Shown piece after piece: positions 57,306 through 64,000 of a DNA stretch of 64,000 nt. The notes below the pieces were generated by a model. The model ran no database searches. It was given only the letters and a program-made list of their open reading frames with translations, and was not told the origin of the DNA. Origin of the DNA: Patescibacteria group bacterium (GTDB lineage: Bacteria > Patescibacteriota > Patescibacteriia > Magasanikbacterales > GWA2-37-8); contig JBAZUP010000001.1 of assembly GCA_041661385.1 (NCBI GenBank), positions 576,907 through 640,906 on the forward strand, written 5' to 3'. Position 1 is the first letter of the stretch; every line of letters starts with the position of its first letter. Both the position numbers and the translations under genes were made by a program.

Positions 57306-57764
57306 TCATGTTTTTGTATTTTCCTGTTTCAATGAAGAAAAGTATAACACAAAACCAACAACAATGAAAATATCCGCGAGGTTGATAACACCGTTAAAGA
57401 TCCGAATGTAATCAATTGTATGGTTATAAACCAATCGATCTGCTAAATTTGAAAATGCGCCCACCAAAATTAAAACCAAACCAAATTTTAAACGTCTATC
57501 TTTGCCATCCGATGGCGTTTTTTCATTTAAGTAAAAAAAGTACAAAACTGCGGCAATAATAAATACCGTAAGCGCTACCACAACAAATTTCGGCATCACA
57601 ATACCAAACGCAATTCCTTTATTATAAAAAGGCTCCCAACCAAAATTCTTCCCAATAAGCAGCGGCTGAATCCAGTTGTGCGCCGCTTGCCATTTTAAAA
57701 ATCGGTCAGAAATTAAAAAAACCCCGCCAAGCAGTACATACCTGAACAGGGTTTTAAAATACAT
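57306..57764 (-). CDS. lspA: Lipoprotein signal peptidase II
   Basis: NKGIAFG, GAFSNLADR, IDYI, NLADIFI. Confidence 0.88.
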   Translation of the reverse strand: MYFKTLFRYVLLGGVFLISDRFLKWQAAHNWIQPLLIGKNFGWEPFYNKGIAFGIVMPKFVVVALTVFIIAAVLYFFYLNEKTPSDGKDRRLKFGLVLILVGAFSNLADRLVYNHTIDYIRIFNGVINLADIFIVVGFVLYFSSLKQENTKT

Positions 57765-57768
57765 ATTT

Positions 57769-58158
57769 TTATACTTCCTGAACAATCGTCTTCTTACAGC
57801 TGATACAGGCGCTTGAAGTTGGCCTGGCCATCAATCTTTTCTCTTCAATCGTTTTTTTGCAGTATTTACAAACTCCATATTCACCTTCTTCAATCCGATC
57901 TAATGACGCTTCTACATCGCGAAATGATTTTTGCAAATCACTTTCGATTGAAAGGTTTGCTTCATAGTCCGCAACTTCAAGTGCGTTGTCTTCTTCACTG
58001 TTACCATAGTCAGGAAACTTCGCTTCTTTATCTTCTGAATCTTCACTGGTGCTATATTTAGCAAGTTCTTTTTCAAGGCGCGCTTTATCAGCGATCAAAA
58101 TGGCTTTCATCTTTTCAATGAACCCCTCGCTAAATTTACTATTGGCCGTTTTGGTCAT
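57769..58158 (-). CDS. TraR/DksA C4-type zinc finger protein
   Basis: GEYGVCKYC..RLMARP..CISC. Confidence 0.88.
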   Translation of the reverse strand: MTKTANSKFSEGFIEKMKAILIADKARLEKELAKYSTSEDSEDKEAKFPDYGNSEEDNALEVADYEANLSIESDLQKSFRDVEASLDRIEEGEYGVCKYCKKTIEEKRLMARPTSSACISCKKTIVQEV

Positions 58159-58258
58159 AAAATCTTTAAATATACGAACCCTATTTAATAGCAAGTATTC
58201 TACTCTTTAATTAATACAGTGTCAATCTTCAGCCTAAAATTAAAAAAAGATCTTAAGC

Positions 58259-58571
58259 AAAAAAAAACGGCGATAAAGCCATAGTTTTTAATTTATGCTC
58301 TCGCCGTTAATAGTTCTGTCGGGCGAGATGCATCCACCCGGAGGTGAATACTGTCATACACCGTGACAGCGTTAATATCTCCAACCGCTTGAAGGCATTT
58401 CCTCGGGGGTTCTAGAAAGCAAGCTTTCAGGACCCAAAATTTGAGGTTGCCACACAAGGAGATGGATTTGCCGCTGCTTTTCTCTATATTTGAGAGCAAC
58501 TGTAAATCCAGCTTTTATCCCTGAAACAAGGTAGTTGAATGAAATGTCCAAGTTGTCTATCAAAGAACAAC
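58259..58571 (-). ncRNA. Candidate stand-alone structured non-coding RNA
   Basis: Promoter TTGACA-17-TATACT (58578-58606), several hairpins, terminator-like stem plus T run at 58259-58280, no convincing ORF. Confidence 0.45.
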
Positions 58572-58940
58572 ATATTTAGTATAGCATATTTAAACGGTTT
58601 TGTCAAGACCCGAGGTTTTACGCTAAGATTAGCTTAAATATGCCCAAAAACGACCTTAAATCTTAAATTCTTTGTCTATACTAGCCTATACAAACAGTAT
58701 TTAGGCTAAGATTAAATAAAAAGCTAACTACTGCTAAATAATTTATCCCCACATATGGTGACTTTTCCACACCTTTATCCACAGTTTGTCTATAATAGTG
58801 TATACAAACAAAACTATATGGCTAAATTCAGCCATTTAAAGTTTGTATAGACTATCTTGTACTTTTGATAAACGGCCATATGTTGGCAGGAATGAGCATT
58901 TTTGCTATACTTCTGCACATATTTACTATACACAAAAATT

Positions 58941-61457
58941 ATGAGGAGGGTACAAGCTTTACTGCCGGCTATTATTATACTTGGCGGTTTTTTATTTATC
59001 TCGCCTATCTCGGCCAAAGTCTTGATAAGTAAGATTCAGGTCTCGGGGGTTTCAACTACTGATGAATTTATTGAGCTATATAATTATGCTAGTTCCAGCG
59101 CCAATCTTACCAACTGGAGCCTGACCAAACAGACGGCAGGCGGAACTCAAAGCAAGCTTATTTCTAGCTTTCCGTCTTCCGCTATAATTAGCCCTTTTTC
59201 ATATTTTTTGGTAGCTCACCGCGACTATTCACCAATAAACAGCGTTCTTTCCGATCTTTCTTACTCAAATGCTTCATATAGCCTCGCCGCCAACAATAGC
59301 CTACTTTTGGCAAATTCCGACGGCGAGATGATAGATGAGGTTAGCTGGGGATCTGTTTCAACCACAATAGGAAGCCCAACCCCAAACCCAGAGAGCAGTA
59401 AAAGTCTGGTCCGTCTGCCGAACGACGTTACTGGAAATTACTTGGATACCGACAACAGCCTGAATGACTTCACTGAACTTGATAGTCAACCGTTCAATCT
59501 GACATCCCCTTCCCGACCATTTTTCGAAATTTCTGATCCATCTCAACTCACTACTCCGGAAACCCCGACATCGTCTTCAGCAGAAAATATTATAACGACG
59601 ACAACCACAGATTGGTCGGTGTTACGACTAAACGAAATAATGCCAAACCCAACTGACGGCGATGAGTGGGTTGAAATTTATAATCCATCTTTAAATGAAA
59701 TTAATTTAGACGGTGGAACTTTGTGCGACAATCGAGCAAGTGACACTTGTACAATATTAAATTTGAATGGAATAATTTCTGGACAAACATGGAAAACTTT
59801 TCTTTTGTCAGGAAGCAAACTAAATAATGACGGCGACACCGTAATTTTAAAAAATGCTGCCGGCGAAATTATTGATGAGATAAAATATTCTGAAACAAAT
59901 ATTCCCGCCAAAGGAAATTCCTTAGCTCGAAGTATTAGTGGCGGCGGAGTTTGGGAAATTTCTACAACTCCAACCCAAAATTTTGAAAACATAATTACCT
60001 TACCATTTTTGCCAACCACTATTTTATCAACTGGTGGCTCAAATGGTTCTTACTTATGGAACGCGCCTCTTCTTAATATCAAAAAAACCAGTCCCTCAAC
60101 GACCCAAATTGATAAAATTTTCTTACTTTGGAATGTTAGCTACCCAAAAAACATTTATATTAATTCTACAACTTTATTTTCATCGAATTTGTCTGCTGAT
60201 CCAAGGGGTGGAGAAATTATGTATTCATGGAATTTCGGTGATGGAACGTCTTCAGACGGTTCCATGGTCTACCATGCCTTTACCAGTTCCGGCATTTTTA
60301 CAGTTACTATTCATGGTACTAGCACCCAGGGCACAATTGGAACAAAAACTTTAAATATAAAGGTTAACAACAATTTAGCCAATAATAATGCCGTCTACAT
60401 AAGCGGTGTTTCTCCGAGACCAGATAGTGAAAATGATGAGTGGATTAGTATTGGGGGTTTTGCAACGAGCGCTGTCGATTTAGGGAATTGGAAAATAGGT
60501 ACGGAAAATGAAAAGTGGTATTCTTTGCCAATAAAAACTGTGCTCAAACCATTTGGCATACTTAAATTTTACAAATCTGTCACAAAACTTGCCCTAAATA
60601 ACGCCGGTGGCAGCGTGCTACTAGCAAATTCCCTGGGAGAGATCGTAGATATTTTGAATTTTGGCAAAGGAAAAATTGGTGAAGTGTATACTCACGATGC
60701 AACAGATATTGTTTCTTCAACTTTTTTTACATCGGTGGCGCCGGAAGTTAAAACAACCAGTACCTTTGGTTCAAATAAATATTATTCTAACCTTGTTTTA
60801 GCTGACGCCCGCAGCTTACCGATCAAATCAAAAACAACTCTAACCGGAACAGTAGTTTCTTTGCCGAATCATCCTTACGTAAATTATTTTTATATCAATG
60901 ATGAATCCGGCGGAATGCAAATATATTCTTACAAGAAATCATTTCCGATATTGAAGCTTGGCGACCAGATAAAAGTTTACGGAGAAATTAGTTCTCTGCA
61001 AGGTCGGCCACGCTTGCGCATTTCTTCGGCCAGCGCAATTACTAAATTACCTTCGAAAATAATTTTGCAACCAGAACAAAAAAATATTATTGATGTTGAT
61101 GAAAATGATTTTGGTCGATTGCTTTCACTTACCGGAGAAATTACGGATTTAAATAATGCTTCGTTTTTTTTAGACGACACTTCGGCGGAAGCAAAAGTTA
61201 ATTTGCCATTAAAATCTAATATAAACAAAAAAGATTTAAGCTTAAAAACAAAAATTCGGGTAACTGGTATTGTCGAACAAAGCGCAAGCGGTTGGAATAT
61301 TACCCCGCGCACCAGCGAAGACATTTCTCAGCTAGATGTCGATCAAAAACCGATTTCGGCTACAACCCCGACTACCAAAGTAGCGGTCGGAACCGGGGGC
61401 GGCCTATTTCTTGTGGGTCTTGCCGCCGCAATTAAAAAATGGATATTAAAAAAATAG
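58941..61457 (+). CDS. Secreted lamin-tail-domain protein with PKD and OB-fold domains, C-terminal anchor
   Basis: DEFIELYN, LNEIMPNP..EWVEIYN, YSWNFGDG, C-terminal OB-fold-like repeats and TM. Confidence 0.82.
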   Translation: MRRVQALLPAIIILGGFLFISPISAKVLISKIQVSGVSTTDEFIELYNYASSSANLTNWSLTKQTAGGTQSKLISSFPSSAIISPFSYFLVAHRDYSPINSVLSDLSYSNASYSLAANNSLLLANSDGEMIDEVSWGSVSTTIGSPTPNPESSKSLVRLPNDVTGNYLDTDNSLNDFTELDSQPFNLTSPSRPFFEISDPSQLTTPETPTSSSAENIITTTTTDWSVLRLNEIMPNPTDGDEWVEIYNPSLNEINLDGGTLCDNRASDTCTILNLNGIISGQTWKTFLLSGSKLNNDGDTVILKNAAGEIIDEIKYSETNIPAKGNSLARSISGGGVWEISTTPTQNFENIITLPFLPTTILSTGGSNGSYLWNAPLLNIKKTSPSTTQIDKIFLLWNVSYPKNIYINSTTLFSSNLSADPRGGEIMYSWNFGDGTSSDGSMVYHAFTSSGIFTVTIHGTSTQGTIGTKTLNIKVNNNLANNNAVYISGVSPRPDSENDEWISIGGFATSAVDLGNWKIGTENEKWYSLPIKTVLKPFGILKFYKSVTKLALNNAGGSVLLANSLGEIVDILNFGKGKIGEVYTHDATDIVSSTFFTSVAPEVKTTSTFGSNKYYSNLVLADARSLPIKSKTTLTGTVVSLPNHPYVNYFYINDESGGMQIYSYKKSFPILKLGDQIKVYGEISSLQGRPRLRISSASAITKLPSKIILQPEQKNIIDVDENDFGRLLSLTGEITDLNNASFFLDDTSAEAKVNLPLKSNINKKDLSLKTKIRVTGIVEQSASGWNITPRTSEDISQLDVDQKPISATTPTTKVAVGTGGGLFLVGLAAAIKKWILKK

Positions 61458-61486
61458 GCTAAAACAAGCCTATTTTGAGCGAATCT

Positions 61487-61909
61487 TTATTTAATACTCA
61501 TAAATATTGCTCCCGTGGTAATAAGTACGGCACCAAGCCCGCTTTTCCAGGTAAGTTGTTCACCGAGAAACAAAATCGCTAAAATAAGCACAAATACCAC
61601 ACTTAATCGATCGAGGGCGGCAACACCAGAAGCTGGACCGGTTCTCAGGGCGAAAAAATAAAAAAGCCACGAAATTGCCCCAGAAATACCGGAAAAAACA
61701 ATAAAAAGCAGGGCTTTATTATCAATTGTATTTAAAAGCTTTGCTTTTCCAAGCGACAAGGAAACAATTACCAGAAATGTCGCCATAATTACAGCCCGTA
61801 CCGTTGTTGCAAGCGTAGAATCAAGCTTACTGATGCCAATTTTGCCAAAAATTCCTACTGCAGCTGCGGCTACCGCCGAAAGCAATGCATATAATATCCA
61901 GGTAGGCAT
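61487..61909 (-). CDS. EamA-family transporter
   Basis: WILYALLSA, DSTLATTVR, SWLFYFFAL, LFLGE. Confidence 0.88.
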   Translation of the reverse strand: MPTWILYALLSAVAAAAVGIFGKIGISKLDSTLATTVRAVIMATFLVIVSLSLGKAKLLNTIDNKALLFIVFSGISGAISWLFYFFALRTGPASGVAALDRLSVVFVLILAILFLGEQLTWKSGLGAVLITTGAIFMSIK

Positions 61910-61912
61910 ATT

Positions 61913-62512
61913 TTAATAATCAATTATGACTTTTGCCTCTACCATCGCCCGATAGTGTTCGGGCCTGATACGCTTCAAATATTCAATAACTTTTCCCCTA
62001 ACCGGCGCAAACTTTATGCCGTTCGCCTTCGCAAAAGCGATAATTTTTTGTGACGCTTCTTCCATTTCAGTTTTGTCTTTTACCAGCAATTCTATTTCTC
62101 CGACCTTATAAACAAATTCCGGATATCTTACTTCATCGAGGTCAATAATAAAACCATCTTTAGTATATTTTTGCCGAGTGGTTGTACAAACACAAAATTT
62201 CGCAAAGCCATTTTCATTTAACACCTGTTCAAACCTGCCTTCTTCCGGTAAATTCAATAACTTTCTAATTTGGCTTTCATCTTCCATTTCTTCATACTGT
62301 TCAGCCGATCTGGTAATCACTTCACTCATCGGCACCTTTAGCTCCGGCCGCCCATCGCGAAATCGCAACCAATGATCGCGGGCGGTAAGCAAATAATCTG
62401 TGGTATCATAATAAACATCGGTAAAAGTTTTTTTGCCGACAAACTCCGCACCTTCAGCAAGGAGAGCGATATCACTTTCATCAATTATGAATTTTTTCTC
62501 AACTTCAATCAT
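61913..62512 (-). CDS. CYTH-domain protein
   Basis: IEVEKKF, DVYYD, WLRFR, GEIE. Confidence 0.85.
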   Translation of the reverse strand: MIEVEKKFIIDESDIALLAEGAEFVGKKTFTDVYYDTTDYLLTARDHWLRFRDGRPELKVPMSEVITRSAEQYEEMEDESQIRKLLNLPEEGRFEQVLNENGFAKFCVCTTTRQKYTKDGFIIDLDEVRYPEFVYKVGEIELLVKDKTEMEEASQKIIAFAKANGIKFAPVRGKVIEYLKRIRPEHYRAMVEAKVIIDY

Positions 62513-62635
62513 TTTATTTTGCTTTTCTTAATCTTATAACAAAATCGTTCGATTGTATAGTATTTATATTTGTTTACCAATATTGACCAACTTTCAATTT
62601 TTTGCTATACTGAAGCCTCGTTGAAATATTTATTT

Positions 62636-64000
62636 ATGGCGACAACTTCCGGCAACGTCATTGTCCGTTTTGACAAAACATCATTTAAATACGATCATGC
62701 TCGGCCCATTCTAGATGAGGCGTCTTTTTCAGTTCGTGAAAATACCAAAGTCACCATCATGGGACAAAATGGCGCCGGCAAAAGCACAATTTTTAAACTT
62801 ATCACCGGCGAACTAAAACCTGACAACGGCGGAATTCATCTTGGCCTTGGCGCTTCAATCGCAATCGCGACCCAGGTAATGAAGCGTGAAAATTTGGAAA
62901 AAACCGTGGAAGAATTTTTTGCGCAAACCTTCAGTGAAAAAAAATACGATCTCCCGAAACGGATAAATAATATTCTGGAAGTAGTTCATCTCAAAGCTCC
63001 GCTCACAAAAAAAATAAAACAATTTTCCGGTGGCCAACAAGCTCGACTTTTGCTCGCTTATGCCCTCATTCAGCAGCCGGACATACTACTCCTTGATGAA
63101 CCAACAAATAATCTTGATGCTGATGGCATTGAGCATTTAACCCGGTTTTTGATGGATTATCCAAAGACCTGCCTAGTTATTTCTCACGACGCCAACTTTT
63201 TAAATGCATTCACTGAAGGCGTTTTATACCTAGATTCCTACACTCACAAAATGGAACAGTATGTCGGTGACTACTACGAAGCACTTGGCGAAATTGAAGC
63301 TCAAATTGAGCGTGAACGCGCGAAGAATGCTCAGCTGAAAAAAAGCATTCAGGATCGCAAGGATAAAATCAACTTTTTCGCTCACAAAGGCGGCAAGATG
63401 CGAAAACTTGCGAGCAAACTAAAAGACCAGGTAGAAGAAGCTGAAGAAAATATGGTTGATGAGCGTCAAGAAGATAAAACTATAAATGATTTTATTATTC
63501 CGGCACAGACCGATACGGTGGGTGCGGTAGTTGAAATAAAATCCGTCGGAATTATGGTTGATCATGAGCCGGTCCGGAAAAAACTTATTGCCCCGATTGA
63601 AGTCCGCAAAAAACAAAAACTTTTAATAAAAGGACCAAACGGTATTGGTAAAAGTACCTTCCTCGCCGCCCTCGCCACCCACGAAGAAAAAGGGGCGATA
63701 ATGAGTAAAGATGTTCGGGTCGGTTATTACCGCCAGGATTTTTCCGGTCTTAATTTTGACCAAACCGCTTATCAAGCGCTTGAAGAAATGATGCCGGAAC
63801 CCTGGAACCAAGAAATTTATGCAACTGCCGCCCAGTTTTTGCTTTCTTCGGAAATATTAAAAAATAAAGTCGGATCATTGTCCGAGGGCCAAAAGGGTTT
63901 ACTATGTTATGCCCGCTTTGTTTTACAAAAACCGGGATTATTAATTCTCGACGAACCAACCAACCATATAAACTTCCGCCATCTGCCAATTATCGGCAAG
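62636..64000 (+). CDS. ABC-F family ATPase (3' end beyond window)
   Basis: Own translation: GQNGAGKST, FSGGQ, LLLDEPTNNLD, second GPNGIGKST, LSEGQ, LDEPTNH. Confidence 0.9.
   Translation, partial: MATTSGNVIVRFDKTSFKYDHARPILDEASFSVRENTKVTIMGQNGAGKSTIFKLITGELKPDNGGIHLGLGASIAIATQVMKRENLEKTVEEFFAQTFSEKKYDLPKRINNILEVVHLKAPLTKKIKQFSGGQQARLLLAYALIQQPDILLLDEPTNNLDADGIEHLTRFLMDYPKTCLVISHDANFLNAFTEGVLYLDSYTHKMEQYVGDYYEALGEIEAQIERERAKNAQLKKSIQDRKDKINFFAHKGGKMRKLASKLKDQVEEAEENMVDERQEDKTINDFIIPAQTDTVGAVVEIKSVGIMVDHEPVRKKLIAPIEVRKKQKLLIKGPNGIGKSTFLAALATHEEKGAIMSKDVRVGYYRQDFSGLNFDQTAYQALEEMMPEPWNQEIYATAAQFLLSSEILKNKVGSLSEGQKGLLCYARFVLQKPGLLILDEPTNHINFRHLPIIGK

Overview
AT-rich bacterial chromosomal segment whose gene content and style point to a Patescibacteria/CPR (Parcubacteria, possibly ABY1-like) genome. 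This placement is inference from the tandem TrbC/VirB2-like pilins, the rpsO-NYN-pnp block, the unlinked rRNA genes with insertions and the tRNAs lacking encoded CCA. It holds housekeeping genes (rsmE, rpmF, nusB, rnc, pnp, rpsO, galU, ruvB, lspA, PBP1A, class I aldolase, malic enzyme) and a three-gene ATP-dependent citrate-cleavage set. It also carries a 23S-5S rRNA unit with no 16S, containing a group I intron and two intervening sequences, six tRNAs, 12 pilin-like paralogs, a type IV minor-pilin trio and two giant Ig-repeat surface proteins. The most striking unexplained structure is a non-coding element found after three different tRNA genes (Lys, Arg, Leu). Its layout is: terminator hairpin, an antisense copy of that tRNA's own T-arm, a conserved two-hairpin core, then a sense copy of that tRNA's 3' end. 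Other notable items are a GC-rich, apparently foreign multiheme cytochrome lipoprotein under a consensus promoter, an L2500 group I intron ending in A rather than G, a stand-alone ~300-nt structured RNA candidate, and two small ORFs missing from the ORF track. All calls come from reading the sequence by eye; no searches were run.
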